From positions 544,001 through 608,000 of the forward strand of contig OZ219865.1 of NCBI GenBank assembly GCA_964291675.2: a DNA stretch of 64,000 bases. The letters run 5' to 3'. Shown here piece by piece: positions 20,955 through 31,559 of the stretch (its first letter is position 1; every line of letters begins with the position of its first letter). This DNA comes from Alphaproteobacteria bacterium (GTDB taxonomy: Bacteria > Pseudomonadota > Alphaproteobacteria > MPNO01). The notes below the pieces were generated by a model. That model did not search any database. It was not told the origin of the DNA and was given only the letters and a program-made list of their open reading frames with translations. Made by a program: the position numbers and the translations under genes.

Positions 20955-21404
20955 CTACAGCCCGAAGCGCGACTTGAGCTCGATCATCGCCAGACAGGCG
21001 CGCGCCGCCGCGCCGCCGCGGTCCGCCTCCTCCCGCCTCGCGCGATGCATCGCCTGATCGCGGTTCTCGCAGGTGAGGATGCCGTAGCCGATGGCGAGCC
21101 CGCGCTCAAGCGCGAGGTCCTGGAGCCCGCGCGCGCTCTCGGTGCAGACATAGTCGTAATGGGTGGTCTGTCCGCGGATGACGCAGCCCAGCGCGATGAA
21201 GCCGTCGAACCGGTGGGCCGGGTCCGGGCCCTCCATCGCCCTTGCGGCATAGCCGATGGTGGCCGGGATCTCGAACGCGCCCGGCACGGCGAAGCGCTCA
21301 TGGGTCGCGCCGGCCGCGTCCAGCACCGCCGTCGCCCCCTCGACGAGGGCATCGGTAATGGCCTCGTAGAACCGCGCCTCGACGATCATCACATGCGCCG
21401 CCAT
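20955..21404 (-). CDS. ribH: 6,7-dimethyl-8-ribityllumazine synthase
   Basis: IVEARFY, VPGAFEIP, LGCVIRGQTTHYDYV. Confidence 0.95.
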   Translation of the reverse strand: MAAHVMIVEARFYEAITDALVEGATAVLDAAGATHERFAVPGAFEIPATIGYAARAMEGPDPAHRFDGFIALGCVIRGQTTHYDYVCTESARGLQDLALERGLAIGYGILTCENRDQAMHRARREEADRGGAAARACLAMIELKSRFGL

Positions 21405-21413
21405 CGCCACCCC

Positions 21414-22640
21414 TCAGAACAGGACCGGCTCGATCGGCCGGTGGCCGACGATCCTGATCCCGTAGCCCTCGAGCCCGACCACGGTGCGGTTGTGGTTGGT
21501 CAGCAGGATCATGTCGGTGACCCCGAGGTCGCGCAGGATCTGCGCGCCGACGCCGTAATCGCGCAGCGCCGGGGTCGCGAAGGCGAGCTCGGCGCCGGTG
21601 GTCACGCTGACCTCCATCGAGGCGGCGCCCGGGTCGTCGGGGATCTCGTGGCGCTGACGCACCTGGTTGACGAAGCTCTGGGCGAAGGAATCGCGGATCA
21701 GCACCGCGACCCCGCGCTCCGCCTCGCCGATGGTGCGGATGCAGGACTCGATCACCCCGGCGCGGCCGCCGGTCTCGTCCTGCAGCACGTCGTCGAGCAC
21801 GTTGATCGCGTGCATGCGCACCAGCACCGGCTCCGGCCCGGAAATGTCGCCCTTGATCACCGCCAGATGCTCCGCGCCGGTGATCCGGTTGACATAGACG
21901 ATCAGCCGGAACTCGCCGCCGCGCTTGCGGATCAGGCGCGTCGCCAGCACCCGCTCGACGAGGCTGTCGTGGCGCAGCCGGTAGGCGATCAGATCGGCGA
22001 TCGTCGCCACCTTGAGGCCGTGGAACTGGGCGAACGGGACGAGATCGGGCAGCCGCGCCATGGTGCCGTCGTCCTTCATGATCTCGCAGATCACGCCGGA
22101 CGGGTTGAGCCCGGCGAGCCGGGCGATGTCGACCGAGGCCTCGGTATGGCCGGCGCGTTCCAGCACACCGCCGTCGCAGGCCACCAGCGGGAACACGTGG
22201 CCCGGCGTGACGATGTCCTCCTCGCCCGAGGTGGGGTCGATCGCGACCGCGACGGTGCGCGCCCGGTCGGGGGCGGAGATGCCCGTCGTCACCCCTTCCC
22301 TGGCCTCGATCGAGACCGTGAAGGCGGTCTGGTGCCGGGTGCGGTTGTTGCGCGACATCAGCGGCAGGCCGAGCTTCTCGATCCGCTCGCGGGTCATCGC
22401 CAGGCAGATCAGTCCGCGCCCGTGGGTGGCCATGAAATTGACCACCTCGGGCGTCGCCATCTGCGCGGCGACGACCAGGTCGCCCTCGTTCTCGCGGTCC
22501 TCGTCGTCGACCAGCACCACCACGCGCCCGTTGCGGATGTCGGCGATCACGTCCTCGATCGGCGACAGGAAGCCGGCGGTGTCGTCCAGCGCCGCCTCCC
22601 GGACCTTGGAAGGCGCCACGCGTTTGAGGCCGTCGCTCAA
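21414..22640 (-). CDS. ribB: 3,4-dihydroxy-2-butanone-4-phosphate synthase with degenerate C-terminal RibA-like domain
   Basis: VDDEDRENEGD, TAFTVSIEA, RAGHTEA, ICEIM; the C-domain lacks the Zn-binding Cys residues (VRMHAINVLDD); start approximate. Confidence 0.93.
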   Translation of the reverse strand: MSDGLKRVAPSKVREAALDDTAGFLSPIEDVIADIRNGRVVVLVDDEDRENEGDLVVAAQMATPEVVNFMATHGRGLICLAMTRERIEKLGLPLMSRNNRTRHQTAFTVSIEAREGVTTGISAPDRARTVAVAIDPTSGEEDIVTPGHVFPLVACDGGVLERAGHTEASVDIARLAGLNPSGVICEIMKDDGTMARLPDLVPFAQFHGLKVATIADLIAYRLRHDSLVERVLATRLIRKRGGEFRLIVYVNRITGAEHLAVIKGDISGPEPVLVRMHAINVLDDVLQDETGGRAGVIESCIRTIGEAERGVAVLIRDSFAQSFVNQVRQRHEIPDDPGAASMEVSVTTGAELAFATPALRDYGVGAQILRDLGVTDMILLTNHNRTVVGLEGYGIRIVGHRPIEPVLF

Positions 22641-22653
22641 GGCAGTCCCCCGT

Positions 22654-23241
22654 TCAGCTTCGCGCCAGCAGCCGGTCGACATAGCGGGCGATGGTGTCGA
22701 CCTCGAAATTGACCCGATCGCCCTCGGCCAGGCCGCCGAACGTCGTATGGCGGCGCGTATGGGGGATGATGTTGACCCCAAAGCCCGCGTCGTCAACCTC
22801 GTTGACGGTCAGCGACACCCCGTCGAGCGCGATCGAGCCCTTGGGCGCGATGTAGCGGCCGAACCCGTCCGGCGCGGCAAGGACGAAGCGCGTCGAATCG
22901 CCCTCGGCGCGCGTCCCGATCACCGTCGCCACGCCGTCGACATGGCCCGACACGATATGCCCGCCCAGCTCGTCGCCGATCCTCAGCGCGCGTTCGAAAT
23001 TGACCGGCGTGCCCACCGTCCAGCTCCCCAGCGTGGTCCGCGCCAGGGTCTCGGCCGAGGCCTGGACGGCGAACCTGCCCGGCCCCTTGTCGACCACCGT
23101 CAGGCAGGGGCCCGAACAGGCGATCGAGGCGCCGATCTCGATCTCGGCGGTGTCGTAGCCGGTGTCGAACTCGAACCGCGTGTCGCCGGCCTTCGAAATC
23201 GCGCGCACGCGGCCCAGATCGGTCACGATTCCGGTAAACAT
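22654..23241 (-). CDS. ribE: Riboflavin synthase
   Basis: MFTGIV, GASIACSGPCLTV, LGGHIVSGHVDG, KGSIALDGVSLTVN. Confidence 0.96.
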   Translation of the reverse strand: MFTGIVTDLGRVRAISKAGDTRFEFDTGYDTAEIEIGASIACSGPCLTVVDKGPGRFAVQASAETLARTTLGSWTVGTPVNFERALRIGDELGGHIVSGHVDGVATVIGTRAEGDSTRFVLAAPDGFGRYIAPKGSIALDGVSLTVNEVDDAGFGVNIIPHTRRHTTFGGLAEGDRVNFEVDTIARYVDRLLARS

Positions 23242-23249
23242 TCGTCAGC

Positions 23250-24341
23250 TCAACCGCCCGGCTTGCGAGCCGGCCGGTAGATCTCCTCGACATCGTCGCC
23301 CACCGGCCGGCTCGCAATCTTCTCGAAGTGCGGCGCGGCGTCAAGCGCGTCGACCCCGAGCCCGGCGACGGCGGGGCGCCCGTCGCCGCCGAAGGCGAGC
23401 GGCGCGCGGTACCAGACCAGCCGGTCGATCAGACCGGCGCCGAGCAGCGCGGCCGCGATCTTGCCGCCGCCCTCGACCAGCACCGAGGTGATCCCCTTGG
23501 CGGCGAGCGCGCCGAGCGCGGCGGCGAGGTCGACATTGCCGTCGGCGTCGGGCGCGACCGGCTCGACCGCCGCGCCGCTGCCGTCATAGGCGCGCGCGCG
23601 ATCGCCGGCGCGCGGCCGGGCCACCATGAACCAGGTCGGCAGGCGGCCCGCGCCGGCCACCAGCTCATGCGAAGCGGGGAGCGGCTCGCGCCCGTCGACG
23701 ACGACCCGTACCGGGCTGAGGCGATCGAGCCCCGGAAGCCGGCAGGTCAGGCTCGGGTCGTCCGCCCGGGCGGTACCGGCGCCGACCAGGATGGCGTCGT
23801 GGCGGGCGCGCAGCATATGGGCCGAGTGCCGCGCCGCCGCGCCGGTGATCCAGCGGCTCTCGCCGGTCCGCGTGGCGATCCGCCCGTCGAGGGTGGTGGC
23901 GAGCTTGAGGGTGACCGCCGGGCGGCCGCGGCGCACCCTGGTCAGGAAGCCGATCAGCCCGTCTTCCGCCTCGTCCGCGCAAAGCCCGGTCTCGACCGCG
24001 ACCCCCGCCGCCGTCAATCGGTCGACGCCCCGCCCGTCGACGCGCGGGTCGGGGTCGCGGCAGGCGACGACGACACGGGCGATGCCGGCCGCGATCAGCG
24101 CATCCGCGCAGGGCGGCGTCCCGCCATGGTGGGCGCAGGGCTCCAGCGTGACATAGGCGGTCGCGCCCCGCGCCGCCGCTCCGCAGCGGGCCAGCGCCTC
24201 CGTCTCGGCATGCGGGCGCCCGCCCGGCGCGGTCCAGCCGCGCCCCAGCGCAACGCGCTCGCCGACGATCACGCAGCCGACCGCCGGGTTGGGCCAGGCA
24301 TTGCCCAGGGCGCGGCGCCCGAGCGCTATCGCGGCGCGCAT
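23250..24341 (-). CDS. ribD: Riboflavin biosynthesis deaminase/reductase
   Basis: PNPAVGCV, HAE, TLEPCAHHGGTPPC, KLATTLDG, LVEGG; start approximate. Confidence 0.95.
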   Translation of the reverse strand: MRAAIALGRRALGNAWPNPAVGCVIVGERVALGRGWTAPGGRPHAETEALARCGAAARGATAYVTLEPCAHHGGTPPCADALIAAGIARVVVACRDPDPRVDGRGVDRLTAAGVAVETGLCADEAEDGLIGFLTRVRRGRPAVTLKLATTLDGRIATRTGESRWITGAAARHSAHMLRARHDAILVGAGTARADDPSLTCRLPGLDRLSPVRVVVDGREPLPASHELVAGAGRLPTWFMVARPRAGDRARAYDGSGAAVEPVAPDADGNVDLAAALGALAAKGITSVLVEGGGKIAAALLGAGLIDRLVWYRAPLAFGGDGRPAVAGLGVDALDAAPHFEKIASRPVGDDVEEIYRPARKPGG

Positions 24342-24351
24342 GAAGCGCCGG

Positions 24352-24816
24352 TCACTCGCCGCTCTCGACGACACCGAGATTGCCGATGAAGTCTCCGAAG
24401 TCGCGCGCCTCGCGGAAATTCCGATAGACCGACGCGAAACGCACATAGGCCACCTGGTCCAGCGTGGAGAGCGCGTCCATCACCATCTCGCCGATCGTAT
24501 CGGAGGCGATCTCGGTCTCCCCGGAGCTCTCGAGCCGCCGGATGATGCTGTTGATGACCAGCTCCACCCGCTCGGCCTCGACCGGCCGCTTGCGCAGCGC
24601 GATCCTCATCGAGCGTTCGAGCTTCTCGCGATCGAGCGGCTCGCGCGCGCCGTCCTTCTTGATCACCGTCAGCTCGCGCAGCTGGACCCGCTCGAAGGTG
24701 GTGAACCGCTGGCCGCAGGACTGGCAGGACCGCCGCCGGCGAATCGCGGAGCTGTCCTCCGTCGGGCGCGAGTCCCTGACCTGGGTGTCGCCGTGACCGC
24801 AAAAGGGGCAGCGCAT
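24352..24816 (-). CDS. nrdR: Transcriptional repressor NrdR
   Basis: MRCPFCG...DSRP...[16 protein letters not shown]; [12 protein letters not shown]. Confidence 0.97.
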   Translation of the reverse strand: MRCPFCGHGDTQVRDSRPTEDSSAIRRRRSCQSCGQRFTTFERVQLRELTVIKKDGAREPLDREKLERSMRIALRKRPVEAERVELVINSIIRRLESSGETEIASDTIGEMVMDALSTLDQVAYVRFASVYRNFREARDFGDFIGNLGVVESGE

Positions 24817-24835
24817 CAGCCCATCCTAACCCCGC

Positions 24836-26146
24836 CTATTGACGGGGGTATATCGGAAATCGCTTGCACAAGGCGTGCACGCGTTCGCGTACCGACGCCT
24901 CGATGCTGCCGTTGTCGTTGCTGTCCGAGGCGAGACCGTCGAGCACTTCCAGGATCAGCGTCCCTACCCGCGCGAACTCGGCGGGGCCGAAGCCGCGCGT
25001 GGTCGCCGCCGGCGAGCCGAGCCGGACGCCGGACGTGACGGTCGGCTTCTCCGGGTCGAATGGGACCGCGTTCTTGTTGCAGGTGATCCCGGCGCGCTCC
25101 AGGCTCTGCTCGGCGATCTTGCCGGTCAGACCCTTGGGCCGGAGGTCGACCAGCATCAGATGCGTGTCGGTCCCGCCGGAGACGATGTCGAGCCCGCCAT
25201 CGGCCAGAGTCCTCGCCAGGATGCCGGCATTCTCGACCACCGCGGCGGCGTAGTCCCGGAAGGACGGCCGCAGGGCCTCGCCCAGCGCGACCGCCTTGGC
25301 CGCCACGATGTGCATCAGCGGCCCGCCCTGGGTACCCGGGAAGATCGACGAATTGATCTTCTTGGCGATCGCCTCGTCGTCGGTCAGCACCAGACCGCCG
25401 CGCGGCCCGCGCAGGGTCTTGTGGGTGGTCGTCGCCACGACATGGGCATGGGGCAGCGGGCTGGGGTGGACCCCGCCCGCGACGAGTCCGGCGAAATGGG
25501 CCATGTCGACGAACAGATAGGCGCCGACCTCATCGGCGATCGCCCGGAAGGCGGCGAAGTCGATGATCCGCGGATAGGCCGATCCCCCGGCGACGATGAC
25601 CCTGGGACGGCGCGCCTCCGCGAGCCGGGCGACCTCGGCCATGTCGATCCGGCCGTCCTCGGGACGGACCCCGTACTGCACCGCGTCGAACCACTTGCCC
25701 GACAGGTTGGGCGCCGCACCGTGCGTCAGGTGCCCGCCGGCGGCGAGCGACAGGCCGAGTATGGTGTCGCCGGGCCGGCAGAGGGCGAAGTAGACCGCCG
25801 CGTTGGCCTGGGCGCCGGAATGCGGCTGCACGTTGGCGAACCCGCAGTGGAACAGCGCCTTGGCGCGCTGGATGGCCAGCGATTCGGCGACATCGACGAA
25901 TTCGCAACCGCCGTAATATCGGCGGCCGGGATAGCCTTCGGCGTATTTGTTGGTGAGCACGGAGCCGGCGGCTTCGAGCACCGCGCGCGAGACGATGTTC
26001 TCGGACGCGATGAGCTCGATCTGGTCCTGCTGGCGCGCCAGCTCGGCGCGCAGGGCCGCGTCCACCTCGGGGTCCGACACGCCCACTCCGTGTTCGAAGA
26101 ACCCGGACTCGCGATCTCGCGTCTCGTCGAGCGTTCCTACCGCCAT
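24836..26146 (-). CDS. glyA: Serine hydroxymethyltransferase
   Basis: [42 protein letters not shown]. Confidence 0.97.
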   Translation of the reverse strand: MAVGTLDETRDRESGFFEHGVGVSDPEVDAALRAELARQQDQIELIASENIVSRAVLEAAGSVLTNKYAEGYPGRRYYGGCEFVDVAESLAIQRAKALFHCGFANVQPHSGAQANAAVYFALCRPGDTILGLSLAAGGHLTHGAAPNLSGKWFDAVQYGVRPEDGRIDMAEVARLAEARRPRVIVAGGSAYPRIIDFAAFRAIADEVGAYLFVDMAHFAGLVAGGVHPSPLPHAHVVATTTHKTLRGPRGGLVLTDDEAIAKKINSSIFPGTQGGPLMHIVAAKAVALGEALRPSFRDYAAAVVENAGILARTLADGGLDIVSGGTDTHLMLVDLRPKGLTGKIAEQSLERAGITCNKNAVPFDPEKPTVTSGVRLGSPAATTRGFGPAEFARVGTLILEVLDGLASDSNDNGSIEASVRERVHALCKRFPIYPRQ

Positions 26147-26169
26147 GTCATCTCCGCCAAGCGCATCCC

Positions 26170-26616
26170 CTAGGCCATCCCGGCCGCGATCTTGCCGAGG
26201 CGCCGGCCGTGCCGCCCGCCTTCGAACGTGGCGGCGAGAAACGCGTCCAGGCATGCCTCCGCCTCGGTCTGCGACATCCGGCGCCCCGGCAAGACCAGGA
26301 TGTTCGCGTCGTTGTGCCGGCGCGCGAGACGCGCCGCCTCCGCGTCGAAGGCGAGCGCGGCCCGGACCCCGCGATGACGATTCGCGGCGATCGACATGCC
26401 GATCCCGCTACCGCAGATCAGCACGCCGCAATCCGCGCCTCCGTTACGCAGCACGTCGACCACCGCCGCGGCGAAATCCGGATAGTCGACCGCATCCTCG
26501 CTGTCGGTACCGAGATCCGCCGTGGCGATCCCCCTGCGGGAGAGCCAGCCGACGAGATGCGCCTTCAGCGCGAACCCGGCGTGGTCCGCAGCCAAGGCGA
26601 CGGTCATTCGGGTCAT
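26170..26616 (-). CDS. rpiB: Ribose-5-phosphate isomerase B
   Basis: [45 protein letters not shown]. Confidence 0.95.
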   Translation of the reverse strand: MTRMTVALAADHAGFALKAHLVGWLSRRGIATADLGTDSEDAVDYPDFAAAVVDVLRNGGADCGVLICGSGIGMSIAANRHRGVRAALAFDAEAARLARRHNDANILVLPGRRMSQTEAEACLDAFLAATFEGGRHGRRLGKIAAGMA

Positions 26617-26975
26617 CGCGGTCCGACTGAAATGCCGAGGTCACCGCCTGATAGCACAGCGCCACGCCGGTTGCCAAGAATCGCGCGGAGGCTCGCCGTT
26701 GGATCGACGAATCCTCAAGCGCCGATCCCCGATCCGACACGCGGTATCGGCAATTCCGCAGTCTTCGCCAAGAGTCGCGAAACCCGGTTAGGTATAATTT
26801 TCTTGATTTCTTGAACAAAAATCTTTTGTACCAAGCCAAATACATGACCGGCTCACAACATGAGCTTGGCCATAAGATTTAGTTTTCTGCGGTTTTCTTT
26901 CGATTTCCTTTGACAATCGACGGGCATCGTGCCATCAGCAAGTCGTTCAACTCTTACGCGAGGCAATCGAGGAAG

Positions 26976-27428
26976 ATGGTGGACAATACCGAATATGCCG
27001 TGGACCGGTCCGAAATGCTCCGCATGGCAGTCCAAATTGTCTCTGCGTATGTCGGCAAGAATCCGGTAGCGGCCGACGAAGTGCCGGATGTCATCAGCAC
27101 GGTCTTCAATGCGCTGCACAGCCTCGATCAGCACGGGGCCCAACAAAGGATCGAGCCGCCGAAGCCGGCCGTCAGCATCCGCCAGTCGATCACGCCGGAC
27201 TTCATCGTCTGCCTGGAGGACGGCAAGAAGCTCAAGATGCTCAAGCGGCATCTGCGGGCCGTCTACGACATGACGCCCGAAGAGTACCGGACCAAGTGGG
27301 GGCTGCCGGCGGACTACCCGATGGTCGCCCCGAACTACGCCGCGAAGCGCTCGGAGTTCGCCAAGCGGATCGGGCTGGGCCGCAAGAAGGGGGAGAGACC
27401 CCGCCAGGCGCATCGCGCCACGGCCTGA
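26976..27428 (+). CDS. mucR: MucR/Ros family zinc-finger transcriptional regulator
   Basis: IVSAYV, PAVSIRQSITPDFIVCLEDGKKLKMLKRHL, YPMVAPNYA; AT-rich upstream region. Confidence 0.93.
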   Translation: MVDNTEYAVDRSEMLRMAVQIVSAYVGKNPVAADEVPDVISTVFNALHSLDQHGAQQRIEPPKPAVSIRQSITPDFIVCLEDGKKLKMLKRHLRAVYDMTPEEYRTKWGLPADYPMVAPNYAAKRSEFAKRIGLGRKKGERPRQAHRATA

Positions 27429-27543
27429 CCGGCTCCTCCGACAGCGGGATCCCGGTCGGAACGAAGCCCGGCGAATTCGCTCCATTTCAGACGATCGCAC
27501 TTCCCACCCTGCCGGTCGCGGAACGCATGGCCCGGCATCGGAT

Positions 27544-28149
27544 TCAGGCCCGGCCGCAATTCCGTATGGCGTCGCTGAGCGCCTCGTAGTCCTCGACCGC
27601 CGCAAAGCCGGGATGGGCCTGCCGGAGCGCGGCCGGAGCGCGGAACAGGATCCCGGCATCGGCCGCCTTCAGCATGGCGATGTCGTTGTGGGAATCGCCG
27701 GCCGCGGTGACGTGGAAGTTCAGCGCGCGGAACGCCTCCACGCTGGCGCGCTTGTGGTCCGGATGCCGCAGCCGGTAGTCGACGATAGCGCCGTCCGGCC
27801 CGACCACCAGCGAATGGCAGAACAGCGCGGCCCCGTCGAGCTGGGCCATCAGGGGGCCGGCGAATTCGCGATAGGTGTCGGACAGGACGATCACCGGGCC
27901 GAGCTCGCGCAGCCAGCGGAGGAATTCGCGCGCACCCGGCAATGGCGCCATGTTCGCCACCACCGCCTCGACGTCGCGCAGCCCGAGGCGGTGTCGTTCC
28001 AGCAGCCGCAGGCGCTGGCGCATCAGGGCGTCGTAGTCGGGGACGTCGCGCGTGGTCGCGCGCAGCGCGTCGATGCCGGTGCGCTCGGCGAGCCCGATCC
28101 AGATTTCCGGGATCAGCACGCCTTCGAGATCGAGACAGAACAGCCGCAC
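27544..28149 (-). CDS. thrH: Bifunctional phosphoserine phosphatase/homoserine phosphotransferase
   Basis: CLDLEGVLIPEIWI, ATTRDVPDYDALM, LSDT, AAGDSHND. Confidence 0.92.
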   Translation of the reverse strand: MRLFCLDLEGVLIPEIWIGLAERTGIDALRATTRDVPDYDALMRQRLRLLERHRLGLRDVEAVVANMAPLPGAREFLRWLRELGPVIVLSDTYREFAGPLMAQLDGAALFCHSLVVGPDGAIVDYRLRHPDHKRASVEAFRALNFHVTAAGDSHNDIAMLKAADAGILFRAPAALRQAHPGFAAVEDYEALSDAIRNCGRA

Positions 28150-28189
28150 GGGGAGCCGCCTCTTCAACCCGCCCGAAGTCCGGTATCGG

Positions 28190-29839
28190 TCACGCTTCCG
28201 AGGGAGGCAGGGTCTCGCGGCCGCGAATCAGGTCCGATGCGCGCTCGGCGATCATGATCACCGGCGCGTTGATGTTGCCGCCCACCAGGTCGGGCATGAC
28301 GGAGGCGTCCACCACGCGCAGCGAGTCGATGCCGCGCAGGCGGAGCTCCGGATCGACCACCGCCATGTCGTCGCTTCCCATGCGGCAGGTCCCGGCGGGG
28401 TGGTGCGCGGTCGCGGCGGTTCGCCGGATATAGGCGTCGATGTCGTCGTCCCCGGTCACCTCCGGCCCGGGGTCGACCTCGATCGCGCCGAACTTCCTCA
28501 GCGGTTCCTGCGCGCCGACCTCGCGCACCAGCTTCACCCCGTCGCGGATGGTCCGCACATCCGCCTCTTCGGAGAGAAAGTTCTGGTGGATCCGGATCTT
28601 GTCGCGGGGGTCCGCCGAGGCGAGTCTGAGCTCCCCCCGGCTCTGCGGGCGCAGCAGCACCGGGCGGCAGCCGAAGCCGTCGGCCCAGGCCGGCTTGACC
28701 ACGGGAAACCACGGCCAGGTGTCGTCCGGCAGGGCGCGGAACAGGAACTGGATGTCGGGCAGATCGACTTCGGGCCGCGACTTGAGGAAGGCCATGATGC
28801 CGCCCGGCAGGTCGGTCGCCGGCCCCGACCCCGCGACATAGGCCCGCGGCATGTCGACGGCGAGCCGGTCGATGCGCATCTGCCGGTGGAACGTGCCGCG
28901 GTCCTCGCGGCTGTAGGTGACCATCGCAGACAGGTGGTCCTGGAGGTTCTTGCCGACGCCCTTGAGGTCGTGCACGGCGTCGATCCCGTGCTCGGCAAGC
29001 TCGTCGGCCGGCCCGATCCCCGACAGCATCAGGACCTGCGGCGAGTTGATGACGCCGCCCGCGAGCAGGACTTCGCGCTCGCAACGGATCTCGTGACGCT
29101 GCCCGCCTCGGGCGAATTCGAGCCCGGCCGCGCGCCCGTTCTCGACGATCAGCCGGGTGACCAGCGCGTCGGTCTCCAGCGTGACGTTGGCGCGCTTCAG
29201 CGCGGGCTTCAGATAGGCGACGGCGGCGCTGCAGCGGCGCCCGTTGCGGATCGTCTGCTGGATCCAGGTAAAGCCTTCCTGGCGTTCGCCGTTGTAATCC
29301 TCGGTGAAGTCGTGGCCGAGCGCCCGCCCCGCCTCGATGAAGGCGTGCAGCACGGGGTCGTCGAAGATTCCCGCCCGCACCGACAGGGGACCGTCGCTGC
29401 CGCGGTAGTCGTCGCCGCCCCTCTCCCACGACTCGGCGCGCTTGAAATAGGGCAGCACGTCGGCGAAGGACCACCCCGGGCAGCCCTTCTGGCGCCAGCG
29501 GTCGTAGTCGCCCCGGTGGCCGCGGACATAGGCCATGGCGTTGATCGACGACGAGCCGCCGACCACCCGCCCGCGCGCGCATTCGATGGACCGGTTGTCC
29601 AGATTGGGCTCGGGCTCGGTGAAATACATCCAGTCGTGGCGCCGCTCTTCCAGGATCTTTCCCCAGCCGAGCGGGATGTGGATCATCGGGTCGCGGTCCC
29701 GGCCGCCGGCCTCGACGACCGCCACACGGACCCCGGCGTCCTCGCTGAGCCGGTTCGCGAGCACGCAGCCGGCCGAGCCGGCGCCGACGATCGCGTAATC
29801 GTATGTCGCTGCTTCGGCCAACCTGCCCTCCCCGGTCAT
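28190..29839 (-). CDS. GMC-family oxidoreductase (choline dehydrogenase-like)
   Basis: IVGAGSAGCVLANRLSED, GGSSSINAM, GKNLQDH, HPAGTCRMG, GNINAP. Confidence 0.92.
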   Translation of the reverse strand: MTGEGRLAEAATYDYAIVGAGSAGCVLANRLSEDAGVRVAVVEAGGRDRDPMIHIPLGWGKILEERRHDWMYFTEPEPNLDNRSIECARGRVVGGSSSINAMAYVRGHRGDYDRWRQKGCPGWSFADVLPYFKRAESWERGGDDYRGSDGPLSVRAGIFDDPVLHAFIEAGRALGHDFTEDYNGERQEGFTWIQQTIRNGRRCSAAVAYLKPALKRANVTLETDALVTRLIVENGRAAGLEFARGGQRHEIRCEREVLLAGGVINSPQVLMLSGIGPADELAEHGIDAVHDLKGVGKNLQDHLSAMVTYSREDRGTFHRQMRIDRLAVDMPRAYVAGSGPATDLPGGIMAFLKSRPEVDLPDIQFLFRALPDDTWPWFPVVKPAWADGFGCRPVLLRPQSRGELRLASADPRDKIRIHQNFLSEEADVRTIRDGVKLVREVGAQEPLRKFGAIEVDPGPEVTGDDDIDAYIRRTAATAHHPAGTCRMGSDDMAVVDPELRLRGIDSLRVVDASVMPDLVGGNINAPVIMIAERASDLIRGRETLPPSEA

Positions 29840-29889
29840 CGCCTCGCAGCGCCGAACATAGCAGACAGGCCCGGCCGATCCATCCGGGG

Positions 29890-30000
29890 CCGTCCTTCGA
29901 TACGCCCCCTTCGGGGGCTACTCAGGATGAGGGGAGGTTGGCAGGTGTCAAATGCATCCCCTCATCCCGAGTAGGCGCGCAGCGCCGTATCGAGGGACGC
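29890..30000. repeat. Inverted pair of REP-like palindromic elements (second family)
   Basis: CGTCCTTCGATACGCCCCCTTCGGGGGCTACTCAGGATGAGGGG is imperfectly reverse-complementary to CCCCTCATCCCGAGTAGGCGCGCAGCGCCGTATCGAGGGACG. Confidence 0.75.
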
Positions 30001-30035
30001 CGCGCCGCATCGCTTCGATCCAAGACCGGATCGCC

Positions 30036-30959
30036 TCAGTGGGCCGCCGACTGCACCTCCCGATCGACCAGCGAGGTCGGGTCGTCGGTCTCGCGCAGCA
30101 TGCCCCAGCTCCTGATCCAGGCGGCGGTGCGTTCGAGCTCGCGATCCGGGATCGGCGCCGGCTCCACGACGACGATCCGGCTCTCGCGCAGGTCGTCGGC
30201 GCGCAACGCCGCGATCTCCGGGTCGGTGCGGGCGTGGTAGTCGATGAAATAGCGCAGATAGCTGCGCTTGTCGGCGTCGATCCGGCGGACCGCCTCGCAG
30301 ACCGCGCGGTTGAACTGCGCATAGGTCGCCGCGTCGACCCGGTGCGAGGCGACTTCGGTGCCGTGGTAGAACGCCGCGGTGAGGATGCGGCAGCCCTTCT
30401 TCTCGGCCAGCGTGATATAGGGCTCGGTCAGGGTCGTCGCCTCGATCTCTCCCGACATCATCGAGTCCAGGCGAAAGCGCGAGCCCATCGGGGCGCTGCA
30501 AACCCTGATCCGCTCGCGCGGCAGGAAACCCTCGAGCATGTGGAGCGCCAGATAGTGGGTGCCGAAATAGAACGGCACCCCGACCAGGCGGTCGGCGAGC
30601 TGCTGGACGGTGAACACGTCCGACTCCGGGCGCACCGCGATCGCCGCGTAGGTGACGATCGAGCGCCGGCCGATCTGCCGCCCGCTGTCGATGCCGGAAT
30701 CCTGCACCCGGCAGTAGTTTCCCCACTCGCAGGCGTTGTACATGTCCGCCCGGCCCTCTTCGAAGAGCTTGCCGTGGCTCGAATGCGGGTCGAGACCGTC
30801 GGGGCTCAGGACCTCGACGCGGGTGCGCCGGTCCACCCCGGCTTCGCGGTCGACCCATTCGATGCTCAGCCCTTCATCCGCGAACAGCCCCTCGTCGTCG
30901 GCGACCAGCTCGCAAAGCCCCTGGAAGGGGGCGGTGTTCTCCAGCACCAGTGTCTGCAT
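30036..30959 (-). CDS. ABC transporter substrate-binding-like protein (NMT1/THI5/SsuA-like fold), no obvious signal peptide
   Basis: LVADDEGLFADEGLSIEW, AIAVRPESDVFTVQQLAD..VGV, TLTEPYITLAEKKG. Confidence 0.7.
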   Translation of the reverse strand: MQTLVLENTAPFQGLCELVADDEGLFADEGLSIEWVDREAGVDRRTRVEVLSPDGLDPHSSHGKLFEEGRADMYNACEWGNYCRVQDSGIDSGRQIGRRSIVTYAAIAVRPESDVFTVQQLADRLVGVPFYFGTHYLALHMLEGFLPRERIRVCSAPMGSRFRLDSMMSGEIEATTLTEPYITLAEKKGCRILTAAFYHGTEVASHRVDAATYAQFNRAVCEAVRRIDADKRSYLRYFIDYHARTDPEIAALRADDLRESRIVVVEPAPIPDRELERTAAWIRSWGMLRETDDPTSLVDREVQSAAH

Positions 30960-31086
30960 CGGTTCTCTCCCGGACGCCCCTTCCTATATCGGACGGGCGC
31001 CCGCAGCGCCAGCGCGAGGCGGGTTGCAATCGCGCCGCATCGGGTTCAGCTTTCCGCCAGGCGCGCGTGCTCAAGTCGCCAGCGAC

Positions 31087-31176
31087 GGATGGGTGGCCGA
31101 GCGGTCGAAGGCACCGGTCTTGAAAACCGGCAGGCGCGCGAGCGTCTCGTGGGTTCGAATCCCACCCCATCCGCCA
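31087..31176 (+). tRNA. tRNA-Ser(UGA)
   Basis: GGATGGGTGGCCGAGCGGTCGAAGGCACCGGTCTTGAAAACCGG...GTTCGAATCCCACCCCATCCGCCA; 90 nt with long variable arm. Confidence 0.97.
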
Positions 31177-31559
31177 CCGCCGGATCGGCGCAAAAAGAGG
31201 CGGAGCCTAGGTCGCGCGAGCGAGATAGGCTCCGCAAGTCACGGGGGGAACACAGGGAGGCATCTGGCAGGACAACCCGATTCCCCCGTCGCACAAGGGA
31301 CTCGCGGAAGGGAGAAACCGCAAATCCAAGAAAAATATTTCACAAATGCTCGGCGATTGTCACCGGAATGTGACCATGCGCAAGCTGTCGTGGGCCGAAA
31401 CAAGAGACCTGTGACTTTTAATCCTAAATCAATATATTATAGATCGTCCCTCACATACGATATTATCGAAGCGTTTCATCGGAAGCGAATCACCCCGTCC
31501 GATTCGGCATCGAGTCGTGCAAATTTGTGAACGCTCGTAAAGATTGAAAACCTCGATCC

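Noticed and set aside
31087-31176. tRNA-Sec to partner the selenoprotein
   Set aside because: The anticodon is UGA (reads UCA, Ser), not UCA, and the structure is a standard tRNA-Ser.
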